From: Candidatus Bathyarchaeota archaeon
GTDB taxonomy: Archaea > Thermoproteota > Bathyarchaeia > 40CM-2-53-6
Reading direction: 5' to 3'
Assembly (NCBI GenBank): GCA_963833125.1
Contig: CAWHWX010000028.1
Location: 64,001-128,000 of the forward strand
DNA length: 64,000 nt
In this document: positions 1-9,006 of the stretch, piece after piece
How the letters are laid out: the number at the start of each line of letters is the position of its first letter
How positions within the stretch are numbered: the first letter of the stretch is position 1
Made by a program: the position numbers and the translations under genes
The notes under the pieces: model-generated
Told to the model about the DNA's origin: nothing
Databases searched by the model: none
The model's input: only the letters and a program-made list of their open reading frames with translations

Positions 1-793
1 GCCACGGAAACCCTATGTAATTGGTATGAGCAACGCTCGTCCCAAGAGCAGGAGTGTTGGGAACGGCAGCATCCAACCGTGCCATGCCCTCCCCGGAAGA
101 AACGAATTTACTTTAAGGAAACCATCCTGCTACAGATTCTTGGACTTGCTACTCTCCAAGAATCCTAACCGCTCGTTCACGTTGGAAGATGTTAAGGCGA
201 ATGACGTTGGGCACTTCTCAGACAAAGTATATGAGGCAGTGCTCGACGAGCTTAGATTCAAGTACCCACTTCCGCAAGCGCCGTAACACACACCTGCCAA
301 TCCGAAGCCGATAAGCTTCCGGGCCACAAAAACCGTTTCCTGAATCCACCAAAATTTGAGTTCCTGCAAAGGAAACGCGGGGCGCACGCGCCATATCGCG
401 GGAATGCAGCGCCCCACGGCCCGAACCCTCTTTTAGGGAGCGTTCGGATTGGATACCCCGGAGTTGCAATCAAGCACGCTGCAATCTACTCTCGTTCCAG
501 CAACGGTAACGATAAGGCGGAAACGAGGACCATCGTTGAGCCGCCGAACAGGACAAAGTGGTAGCGTGTTGCAACAAAACCAAACCGCGTGGAATCCAGT
601 TGCCCCAGCCTATGGGTGATTCTGGATTGACACGCCCGAATGCAGAAAACGACGCACGGGTTGCATTAGGGCATTGCCCCACTCGCAGTCTTGCCCGGCG
701 AAAGCTGCGGGAGCACATCGAAAAGGAAGGCGTAAATGAAAAGGCGTCCTTCATGTCATCAACAAGCCCGGCAATAACTTTCCGTGAGCGAGT

Positions 794-1531
794 GGAATCG
801 TCGACTCGCTCTGGCTTAAGAAACCAGGAGCAACTCCAGTCGAGTACGAGGATCTCTGTCGCCAAATCGAATTGCAACTACATTTCCCAATTGAGTTTGA
901 GGGGCTCTACAAGTGGATCGTTTTTCTGAACTCGCGAACCGATTCACGCATCCCAGTCCTAAACCGGTACTATGGTGTATTTCAAAACGGAAAACTCAAA
1001 CTTCGAGGCATCGACCTCAGGAAACATGACACGCCCGGAATCGTAAAGCATTGTCAATCCGATATGCTAGACCTGCTCGCAAAAGCAGAGAACTCCCAAG
1101 AGTTCAAAGCACTCATACCCGAAGCTCTCACCATCGTCAAATCTTACGCCAACCTGCTCCAACAGGGGTCTGTACCCGTGGAGGATTTGGCAATTGAGAA
1201 GCGTCTCAGCAAAAACCCCAGCGAATACCGAAACATGGTTCCGCAAAGCATCGCTGCCCAACACCTCGTTCGGGAAGGCATGAAAATTCATGCAGGTCAG
1301 ACAATCAGCTACATGCTAACGTACGATAAGTCGCGGATAACTCAGAACCGGGCTCTCCCAACGGAGTTAGTAAACGAAGACTCTAGCTTCGACTCTAAAC
1401 GTTACGTTGACCTCCTACTCTCCTCAACCACTAACCTCCTACTCCCATTCGGATACAACCCAAACTATCCAAAGGGTGTCCCTTACCTAAATCAAAACCA
1501 TAGAAAGCGCACTTTCGACCATACGGCTTAA
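794..1531 (+). CDS. polB2: Family B DNA polymerase, PolB2 group, C-terminal part (5' part missing or garbled)
   Basis: Extending ORF 872..1531 upstream in frame gives GIVDSLWLKK, the PolB2 variant of YGDTDS. It is followed by YKWIVFL, NRYYG and KLRGIDLRKHDTP. There is an in-frame TGA at 785-787. Confidence 0.8.
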   Translation, partial: GIVDSLWLKKPGATPVEYEDLCRQIELQLHFPIEFEGLYKWIVFLNSRTDSRIPVLNRYYGVFQNGKLKLRGIDLRKHDTPGIVKHCQSDMLDLLAKAENSQEFKALIPEALTIVKSYANLLQQGSVPVEDLAIEKRLSKNPSEYRNMVPQSIAAQHLVREGMKIHAGQTISYMLTYDKSRITQNRALPTELVNEDSSFDSKRYVDLLLSSTTNLLLPFGYNPNYPKGVPYLNQNHRKRTFDHTA

Positions 1532-1627
1532 CCCTTAACGGTTTCAGGTCAAGCCATAGCTACACGCCCACGGAATTTTACGTGCCAGTGAAACATGTTT
1601 TCGCTTTCAAGGCTCCAATCCTAATAA

Positions 1628-3814
1628 GTGGAAATCCTCAGAATAGTATCGTCCAGACTAGAGGAGGTGCTTTCATTGCCCAAACCGGGAACACGACTCC
1701 AACCACTGAGTGCACTTCCAATCACTTGGTTAAGTAATGGAAGGCTCAAATCTAGTCTCATACTCCGGCATAGCGCTGCAGAGTCAGGAATACCAGAAAT
1801 TCTCGCAGCTCTTACCCAAGAGAAATTTTCTGCGACACACACAAGCACTTCATTCCCGAGTGCTCGTGAACCCGATAAGGGGACATTGACCAAAGCTTCG
1901 GAAGACTACATACGGTGTCTCCTCGCCAAGAGTGTTGCCGCCGCGTTTCAGAAGTCGACCCCCAAGTACCGCAATGAAGCCGCACGAAAACAATTCGTCA
2001 CAAGGATGGTCGAAATCATAGAGGGTTGCCACCTCTCCCAGACGTTCGTCCGGCTTAAGGAAATAGAGGCAACAGCTGAACCTGACCGTGTGTTGACAGG
2101 AGTTCGTAAGGAGATGGAGGGACTTGTCGCGGAGAAGGCGGATCTGGCTGCTGAGCATGAGAGCAACCTGGACGTAGCGCGTCATGAATTCAGGACGTAT
2201 CTTGAAAACCTTCAGGAAGTAATTGGAGTATCATTCGAAAACAGTGAGAGATTCCAAAAGCGTCTCTCGGTTACTTCCTTTTTCCCACCCGGCGTGATTG
2301 AGAATGAGAATACGTGGCGGTGGGGTGCCCAATGGTATCCAGAACTCGGCGTCTTGAACATCTCTCCTCCAATTTTGTTCATAGATACGATCAGGAAAGG
2401 GGTGCTGGCGCGTGAGGCCGCTGTGCTGCTTTCTCCGAGAAACTTGGACACTATGGAGTATGCTCCGCGCATACTCTGCGAGCAGTCTGAGTATTTCGCA
2501 TATAAGATGTTGGACCGTAAAATTGAGAAGGAGTTTTGGACACAGGCTCGACACGGTCTTAGACAGAGTTCGAGAGTGGCTGCAGGTGAACTTGTCGACT
2601 TTTTTGAGTACTACGAAATGATGGTTGGGCCGACGCTATACCACGAGGTGTGGTCAAGGCTACAGGAAGTCGGAAATGCTCGGCTAAGCGTGGCTGATTA
2701 CTACATAATCTTCAGTACTCTCGCAGCTCGTCCGACACGAACGAAGTTCAGCCCTGGCGAAATGCGGCTTTTGAGCCTTCTTTCAAAGAAACCAGACATC
2801 AAACCTGGAGAGGTTGCCCGCACACTGCACATCAGCATCCCTACAATAATGAAGACGATTCATGACCTCACAACGGCGGCAGGTCTCAGATTTACCGTGA
2901 TCGCCGACATGCACAAGGTCGGCTTTGTCGAATACCTGCTTCTGATGAGCACATCAAAGCAGGCTAAGGTGATCAACATTTTTTCACGTTTTCCATATTG
3001 TAGGCAAGTGTTTCGGACATACGGTTCGTACGATCTCTTCACAGTTCTTGACATTCCCTTTGAACATCCGGATTTCGTCAAGGCTTTCGTTCAAAAGATG
3101 GTCGACCGCAATATCGTCACCAGATATCGTCTTCTTGAACTTGAGCGGGACTTTCAGTCGGTGAATTTTGATCGATATGATGCAGAGGCTGGGCGTTGGA
3201 ACGTTCATTGGGATACCTGGGGCGTCGCTTTGCGAGAGAGCCTAGCGAAAGGCGATTCGGTTGTGATGGATTCGAATAAAAGCGAGGCACGATTCCGATT
3301 TGACAAATTGGATCTGAGGATTCTATCAGTATTGCAGAATAATTGCCGGATGCCATTTTCTGCTGTAGGGCGCGCGGTGGGTGTCTCCGGAGCGTACGTA
3401 GGTAAGAAGATCGAACGAATGATTCGTAATGGCGTTTTCCGATACGCGGTATGGCCATTGAAGATCGGGGCTGAAGACTGGGGAATCATTAGCCTCTCAT
3501 GCTCAAGAAATGTGGCAGGTATCTTGGCACAATATCTATCCCATTTACCTGCCTGGAGGGGCGGCCTCGTTAGAGGTGATTTCGACGGTATATTGGCAAT
3601 GGTATGGTCTCCGAGCGGAGAGATGAAACAGCTCTTCAAGGCTGTGGACGACAGACTCGTTCGGAATGGTTACGCGGAAGCTGAATGTTTGAACGCTGTT
3701 GGAGAATGGGTGATCGCTCGATGGCTTCCTGTTGAAGCACACCCATGGGACCTAAGCGCCGAGGATGGGAAATGGATCTTTGACGAGAAACGTTACCTTG
3801 CGCTCGCGGAATAA
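1628..3814 (+). CDS. Large multidomain transcriptional regulator with two wHTH/Lrp-AsnC modules and an uncharacterised N-terminal region
   Basis: HTH 1 (EMRLLSLLSKKPDIKPGEVARTLHISIPTI) is followed by an AsnC-like RTYGSYDL domain. HTH 2 is DKLDLRILSVLQNNCRMPFSAVGRAVGVSG. True start uncertain. Confidence 0.75.
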   Translation: MEILRIVSSRLEEVLSLPKPGTRLQPLSALPITWLSNGRLKSSLILRHSAAESGIPEILAALTQEKFSATHTSTSFPSAREPDKGTLTKASEDYIRCLLAKSVAAAFQKSTPKYRNEAARKQFVTRMVEIIEGCHLSQTFVRLKEIEATAEPDRVLTGVRKEMEGLVAEKADLAAEHESNLDVARHEFRTYLENLQEVIGVSFENSERFQKRLSVTSFFPPGVIENENTWRWGAQWYPELGVLNISPPILFIDTIRKGVLAREAAVLLSPRNLDTMEYAPRILCEQSEYFAYKMLDRKIEKEFWTQARHGLRQSSRVAAGELVDFFEYYEMMVGPTLYHEVWSRLQEVGNARLSVADYYIIFSTLAARPTRTKFSPGEMRLLSLLSKKPDIKPGEVARTLHISIPTIMKTIHDLTTAAGLRFTVIADMHKVGFVEYLLLMSTSKQAKVINIFSRFPYCRQVFRTYGSYDLFTVLDIPFEHPDFVKAFVQKMVDRNIVTRYRLLELERDFQSVNFDRYDAEAGRWNVHWDTWGVALRESLAKGDSVVMDSNKSEARFRFDKLDLRILSVLQNNCRMPFSAVGRAVGVSGAYVGKKIERMIRNGVFRYAVWPLKIGAEDWGIISLSCSRNVAGILAQYLSHLPAWRGGLVRGDFDGILAMVWSPSGEMKQLFKAVDDRLVRNGYAEAECLNAVGEWVIARWLPVEAHPWDLSAEDGKWIFDEKRYLALAE

Positions 3815-3834
3815 TTAACAGAAAAAGAAGAGAC

Positions 3835-3854
3835 TGAGGCCGTTCGGGGCCTCA
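3835..3854 (-). terminator. Stem-loop followed by a U-rich tract on the minus strand, between convergent genes
   Basis: TGAGGCC-GTTCGG-GGCCTCA hairpin; the minus strand continues GTCTCTTCTTTTTC. Confidence 0.55.
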
Positions 3855-3864
3855 AGTTCGACGC

Positions 3865-3915
3865 TTACCAGGGACGCGGAGGATCCCAGAATCCTATTTC
3901 GTCTTTATCTTCCAT
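3865..3915 (-). CDS. Putative 16-aa peptide MEDKDEIGFWDPPRPW
   Basis: ATG..TAA with AGGAG about 9 nt upstream, a BRE/TATA-like CGAAAAGCGTTAAG further upstream, and a hairpin plus U-tract just downstream. Confidence 0.45.
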   Translation of the reverse strand: MEDKDEIGFWDPPRPW

Positions 3916-3926
3916 TTGCAAACGCT

Positions 3927-3943
3927 CCTGAGACCGTCTCAGG
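3927..3943. promoter_or_regulatory. Perfect inverted repeat, candidate operator or 5' hairpin of the mini-gene
   Basis: CCTGAGAC-C-GTCTCAGG overlaps the putative RBS/transcription start of the 16-aa ORF. Confidence 0.4.
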
Positions 3944-4035
3944 TTGAACGCCTCTTAACGCTTTTCGAAGACTGTGATCCTGAGAGGGAAGTTAGTTAGT
4001 AGATTTCCAGAATAAGGAGAAAATTAGGAGGTTTT

Positions 4036-5028
4036 CTAAACAACATGGAACGCTGCACCAGTTTGCTTCTTGCCTTGTGCAAGCATCCGCCCTGCAGTAT
4101 ACGGGTCTAGCTTTCGTGCTTTCACTCGAGTGAATAGCTTAGTGAATTCCTTTGATGATGCAAGCTCCTGCAACATGATATCCTCAAAATACCGTTTAGT
4201 TGCGTTCAAAATTTCTGAACGCAATATGTCGCTATCTACTAGCTTCAGATGGCCTAACTTGCGAATATTTTGCGCGTGTTGATTTATTGCTTCAGCAAGG
4301 GCAGTTATTCCATCACCTGTAGTCGCGATGGTTTTGATGACTCGCGGGCGCCATCCATGTACGGTTTCGGTCATAGTAATCGTTGAGAACAATTCCTGAG
4401 CAGTCTGATCGGCATCCCCTCTATCCGATTTATTCACCACAAAGATGTCTGCAATCTCCATGATCCCGGCCTTCAACGCTTGAATCTCATCGCCCAAGCC
4501 TGGCGCCGTAACAACAACGGTCGTGTCCACTAAGTCCTTCACGTTAACATCGGATTGGCCTGCTCCAGCGGTCTCTACCAACACGTGGTCCATTGACGTC
4601 GCATCAAGAATTTGAACGGCGTCTTGTGTTGCCTGTGCAACTCCACCAAAATGGCCTCGTGTCGCCATGCTTCGAATGAATACCTTTGGATCTGCAGCAA
4701 TTTCGCTCATTCGTATTCGGTCGCCGAGTAACGCTCCTCCTGAAATCTGACTAGAAGGATCAATGGCGACTATTCCCACCGTTTGGCCTGCGTTGCGGTA
4801 ATGTTTAGTGAGTTGGGCGATCAAGGTACTCTTTCCGCAGCCCGGAGGCCCCGTAATGCCTACGACGTCGGCCTTTCCCGCAAGCCAATAGAGTTTCGTG
4901 AGAATTGCAATCCGAGAGCGCGGATCATTCTCCGCCACTGATATAAGTTGTGAAATTGCTCTCCGGTCGTGTTTCAAGGCTTTCTGGAACAAGGCGTTTA
5001 GTTTTACTCTCTCTCGCCTTTTCCTCAT
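4036..5028 (-). CDS. meaB: Methylmalonyl-CoA mutase-associated GTPase MeaB/ArgK
   Basis: GITGPPGCGKST, DPSS..GGALLGDRIRM, FIRSMATRG and NKSD motifs; adjacent to a mutase gene. Confidence 0.95.
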   Translation of the reverse strand: MRKRRERVKLNALFQKALKHDRRAISQLISVAENDPRSRIAILTKLYWLAGKADVVGITGPPGCGKSTLIAQLTKHYRNAGQTVGIVAIDPSSQISGGALLGDRIRMSEIAADPKVFIRSMATRGHFGGVAQATQDAVQILDATSMDHVLVETAGAGQSDVNVKDLVDTTVVVTAPGLGDEIQALKAGIMEIADIFVVNKSDRGDADQTAQELFSTITMTETVHGWRPRVIKTIATTGDGITALAEAINQHAQNIRKLGHLKLVDSDILRSEILNATKRYFEDIMLQELASSKEFTKLFTRVKARKLDPYTAGRMLAQGKKQTGAAFHVV

Positions 5029-5052
5029 TTTCCTACGGAACTCCTCTGTCTT

Positions 5053-6639
5053 CTAGATGATGGTCTTCGGATGAAACTCGCCATATGCTTCTCTAACGAT
5101 GTCGCTTATTTCGCCAGTTGTGGCGCGTTCTTTTACGGCAGCGATGATAAGGGGGATTACATTTTCCGTTCCGGATAGAGCCGTTTCTAGCTTCCTCAGT
5201 CTTCGATCGACGCGAAGCTTGCTTCGTCTTCTCTTGAAGGCCTTTGTGGTCGAAATTTGTTTATTTACCGACTTCGCGTCGATTCTGTGGATTTTTAGTC
5301 GATAAGGCTTGGGGTCTTTGAGAACATTGACGCCCACAGTTTTCTTCATTCCATTTTCGATGTCCATCTGTTGCTTGAAGGCGCTTTCTCGAATCTGGGC
5401 TTGGATGTATCCTTTCTGAATCGCCTTTACGGAGCCCCCCATTTTGTCCACCGCCTCTATTTCGTTGAGAACACCCTTCTCGATATCACGAGTGAGGCTT
5501 TCCAGATAGTAGCTTCCACCCAGTGGGTCAACTGTGTGAGTGACCCCGCTCTCGTAAGCTATGATTTGTTGCGTGCGAAGTGCGACTTTTACGGCCTCCT
5601 CGGTGGGCAGTGATAGTGCTTCATCCATGGAGTTCGTGTGAAGCGATTGTGTTCCGCCGAGGACTGCGGCTAGAGCCTGTAGAGTAACGCGAACGATGTT
5701 GTTGAGTGGTTGTTGAGCAGTCAGAGTCTCGCCACTGGTTTGGGTGTGAAAGCGAAGTTTCAAAGACTCAGGATTCTTAGCGTGAAATTGCTCTTTCATC
5801 ATGTTTGCCCACAGGCGGCGGGCAGCTCGAAACTTAGCGATCTCCTCGATGAAGTCGTTGTGAGAGGCAAAGAAGAATGATAGGTGCGGTGCAAACGAGT
5901 CAACGTCTAGGCCGTGTTCCAAGCCTGCTTTGAGGTACTCTTTTGCATTCGCGAAAGCATATGCTAACTCTTGAATTGCGGTTGCCCCTGATTCCCTGAT
6001 GTGATATCCGCTTATGCTGATCGGGTGCCATAATGGCATTTTCTGCGCGCAGTACTCGATTAGGTCGATCGCGAGGCGAAGCGATTGTTCGGGTGGGAAG
6101 ATGTAGGTGTTTCTTGCAATGTATTCTTTCAGAATATCATTTTGTGTAGTTCCCCGTAACTGGTCGAGTGGCACTCTTTGGATTTCCCCCACGGTTACGT
6201 ACATGGCCAGCATGATTGCTGCCGTTGCGTTGATGGTCATTGAAGTGCTGACGGTACGGAGGTCGATGCCGTGAACCAGGGCTCGCATATTCTCGATCGT
6301 GCTGATCGGTACTCCAACCCGTCCCACCTCACCTTCGGCCCGTGTGCTGTCTGAGTCATATCCAAGCTGAGTGGGGAGGTCGAACGCGACGCTGAGACCG
6401 GTTTGTCCCTGGGATATCAGATACTTGAACCGTTCATTCGTCGCTGCAGCGCTTCCGAATCCGGAGTACTGACGCATCGTCCAGAGCCGCCCACGATACA
6501 TAGTTGGGTATATGCCCCGGGTGAAAGGGAATTCGCCTGGTTCACCGAGTCGGTCCCCAACACCAGACTGAAATGCGTCCGAAGCGTGATAAACGGTGCG
6601 AACCGGGATACCTGAACTTGTTGCTCGTTCTGAACTCAA
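5053..6639 (-). CDS. Methylmalonyl-CoA mutase, substrate-binding (large) subunit
   Basis: PFTRGIYPTMYRGRLWTMRQYSGF and QNDILKEYIARNTYIFP carry the Tyr/Arg determinants of MCM; also SISGYHIRE and GGTQSLHTN. Confidence 0.93.
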   Translation of the reverse strand: MSSERATSSGIPVRTVYHASDAFQSGVGDRLGEPGEFPFTRGIYPTMYRGRLWTMRQYSGFGSAAATNERFKYLISQGQTGLSVAFDLPTQLGYDSDSTRAEGEVGRVGVPISTIENMRALVHGIDLRTVSTSMTINATAAIMLAMYVTVGEIQRVPLDQLRGTTQNDILKEYIARNTYIFPPEQSLRLAIDLIEYCAQKMPLWHPISISGYHIRESGATAIQELAYAFANAKEYLKAGLEHGLDVDSFAPHLSFFFASHNDFIEEIAKFRAARRLWANMMKEQFHAKNPESLKLRFHTQTSGETLTAQQPLNNIVRVTLQALAAVLGGTQSLHTNSMDEALSLPTEEAVKVALRTQQIIAYESGVTHTVDPLGGSYYLESLTRDIEKGVLNEIEAVDKMGGSVKAIQKGYIQAQIRESAFKQQMDIENGMKKTVGVNVLKDPKPYRLKIHRIDAKSVNKQISTTKAFKRRRSKLRVDRRLRKLETALSGTENVIPLIIAAVKERATTGEISDIVREAYGEFHPKTII

Positions 6640-6655
6640 TTCGAGTTACTTCCAC

Positions 6656-6669
6656 TATGAGATCTCATA
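6656..6669. promoter_or_regulatory. 14-bp perfect palindrome in the divergent promoter region of the two mutases
   Basis: TATGAGATCTCATA. Confidence 0.3.
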
Positions 6670-6755
6670 TCGCTAGATAGCAAAATAACCATTCACCCAC
6701 CCAAAAGATGATAAACGCCGCTTCGGTGAAACCTTTCCAGCTCTAAATGTGACAT

Positions 6756-8516
6756 ATGATGCCACAAAAGGGAAAGAATTACTGGAGAACCAAGGCAGAG
6801 CAACTCTCGGACAAGCGGAAGAAGCCTGGAACCCTTTTCGGAAACAAGGCGAGACGGAAAGTCGCGTTGCTACAGCGAAAATGGGAAAGAGACACCCTCA
6901 AACCATGGGCGAGTAAATCACCTCAACGAAAAGACCGTTTTGAGAATCCCTCAGGAGTCATGTTAAACCCCGTTTACACACCGTTAGATGTCGCGCATCA
7001 TGAATACGAGAAGGAAGCCGCGATGCCTGGCGAGTTTCCATATACTCGCGGAATCTATCCAAACATGTACAGAGGCCGCCTTTGGACGATGCGAATGTTC
7101 TCTGGCTACGGGACGCCCGAGGACACTAACTCACGGTTAAAGTACCTTCTCAAGGAGGGTGAAACCGGACTGAGCATTGCTTTCGATATGCCCACGTTGT
7201 ATGGTGTTGATGCCGACAATCCTAGATCTGAAGGCGAGGTTGGGAAATGCGGTGTTTCGGTTTCCTCGCTTAGAGACATGGAAGTTATTCTAGATGGTAT
7301 ACCTCTTGACGAAGTAAGCACGTCGATGACTATCAACGCCCCAGCTTCCGTCCTAACGTGTATGTACCTGGCAACGGCTGAGAGGCGTGGGCTGTCGCTC
7401 TCGAAGCTTCGTGGGACAGTTCAGACTGATATTTTGAAGGAGTACGCCGCCCAGAAGGAATGGGTTTACCCACCCGAAGCTCATCTTCGAATAATCCGGG
7501 ATATGATGGTCTATTCGACCAAGCATTTGCCCCAATGGAATTACGTTAGTATCAGCGGCTACCACATTCGCGAAGCAGGATCCAGTGCTCTCCAGGAACT
7601 TGCCTTCACCCTGGCTGATGGTTTCGCCTACATGGATTTGGGACTGAAAGCAGGCTTAAGAGTGGACGACTTTGCTCCTCGGCTCTCATTCTTCTTCAAT
7701 TGCGGTATGGACTTCTTTGAGGAGATAGCTAAATTCCACGCGGCTCGGAGGATCTGGGCTAGAGTGGTTAAGGACAAGTACCATGCGAGAAATCCGAGAT
7801 CAATGCTGATGAGATTCCATACCCAAACTTCGGGCGTCTCGCTAACTTGGCAGCAGCCTTTACACAACATAGTTAGGACGACGGTCGAAGCTTTAGCCGC
7901 AATTCTGGGCGGGACTCAATCATTACACACAAACGCTTACGATGAAGCGTGGGCCCTGCCCACGGAACAAGCGGCGTTGATAGCGTTAAGAACTCAGCAG
8001 ATGATCGCCGAGGAGACCGGAGTCGGTGATGTAGTTGACCCTCTGGGCGGATCATACTACGTTGAATGGCTTACAGATGAAATGGAACAGAGAACATACG
8101 AGTATCTCGCAAGAATAGAAGACCTCGGCGGTGTATTAGCAGCCATCAAGAAAGGGTTCATTCAAAGGGAAATCGCCGATACTTCATACAGATATCAAAG
8201 AGAGATGGAGGAAAAATCAAGGATTATGGTTGGGGTAAATGCCTACACAATGAAAGAAGCGTCTCCAATTAAGACGCTAAGAATCAACGAAAGTTCGAGG
8301 AACAAACAGATTGAACGACTTCGTGAAGTAAAGAAAATGCGAGATAATGTATCAGTGCAAAAGGCCTTAGGACAGCTTCGCAAATCTTTCGACGATTCTG
8401 AATCGAACTGTATTTACCCAATGCTCAAGGCAGTCAAATCCTATGCAACACTTGGAGAGATCGTTGACGTGGGCAGAGAGGTATTCGGAGAATGGAAGGA
8501 GCCATCGATACTATAG
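6756..8516 (+). CDS. B12-dependent acyl-CoA mutase large subunit, isobutyryl-CoA mutase (IcmA)-like
   Basis: WTMRMFSGYG and QTDILKEYAAQKEW have Phe/Gln in place of Tyr/Arg, as in IcmA. Confidence 0.88.
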   Translation: MMPQKGKNYWRTKAEQLSDKRKKPGTLFGNKARRKVALLQRKWERDTLKPWASKSPQRKDRFENPSGVMLNPVYTPLDVAHHEYEKEAAMPGEFPYTRGIYPNMYRGRLWTMRMFSGYGTPEDTNSRLKYLLKEGETGLSIAFDMPTLYGVDADNPRSEGEVGKCGVSVSSLRDMEVILDGIPLDEVSTSMTINAPASVLTCMYLATAERRGLSLSKLRGTVQTDILKEYAAQKEWVYPPEAHLRIIRDMMVYSTKHLPQWNYVSISGYHIREAGSSALQELAFTLADGFAYMDLGLKAGLRVDDFAPRLSFFFNCGMDFFEEIAKFHAARRIWARVVKDKYHARNPRSMLMRFHTQTSGVSLTWQQPLHNIVRTTVEALAAILGGTQSLHTNAYDEAWALPTEQAALIALRTQQMIAEETGVGDVVDPLGGSYYVEWLTDEMEQRTYEYLARIEDLGGVLAAIKKGFIQREIADTSYRYQREMEEKSRIMVGVNAYTMKEASPIKTLRINESSRNKQIERLREVKKMRDNVSVQKALGQLRKSFDDSESNCIYPMLKAVKSYATLGEIVDVGREVFGEWKEPSIL

Positions 8517-8545
8517 ACGGGGGTGGAATCATATCCAGAGCGAAG

Positions 8546-8985
8546 ATGATGACCAAGACTCAGGAGAGGAAGATTAGGATCCTAGTCGCTAAGCCCGGGC
8601 TTGCGTAAAGATACGGCCAAACGGGCACGACCGTGGCGCCCTCGTCCTCTGCAGAGCTCTTAGGGATGCCGGCATGGAGGTGATATACGCTGGGCTTCTA
8701 GCAAGCCCAGAACAAGTGGCACAAATGGCTATAGACGAAGACGTAGACGTCGTCGCGCTAAGCCTTCTCAATGGAGCCCACATGACAGCATTTCCGAAGG
8801 TCGCGAAAGCGTTAAGGGTGAAGCATGCGGGCGACATTCTGCTAGTGGGGGGTGGAATTATCCCCGATGAGGATAAACCGAAACTGGAGAAGCTTGGCAT
8901 TACTGGAAACTTCGGACCGGGGACATCTCTCAAAGTGATCGTGGATCACATAGTTTCCCGCGTGCAGAAAGAACGCTGGAAATAG
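8546..8985 (+). CDS. Cobalamin-binding small subunit of acyl-CoA mutase; join(8546..8603,8621..8985), 140 aa
   Basis: Exon 1 reads MMTKTQERKIRILVAKPGL. Removing 8604-8620 gives DGHDRGALVLCRALRDAGMEVIYAG..., in frame with ORF 8674..8985 (DVVALSLLNGAH, GGGIIP). Confidence 0.9.
8604..8620 (+). other. Putative archaeal bulge-helix-bulge (BHB) intron in an mRNA, 17 nt, CGTAAAGATACGGCCAA
   Basis: Outer stem GCCCG(8593-97)/CGGGC(8622-26); 4-bp helix GGCU(8598-601)/GGCC(8615-18); 3-nt bulges UGC(8602-04) and AAA(8619-21); inner stem GUA/UAC with AAGA loop. Canonical cuts after the second nt of each bulge remove exactly the extra 17 nt. Confidence 0.85.
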
Positions 8986-9006
8986 ATCCAAGCAGTTTGA
9001 GGTCGT

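Noticed and set aside
8674-8985. ORF-track start at 8674 as the real start of the B12-binding subunit
   Set aside because: It would omit the DxHxxG cobalamin-binding motif. The upstream exon supplies the conserved N-terminus.
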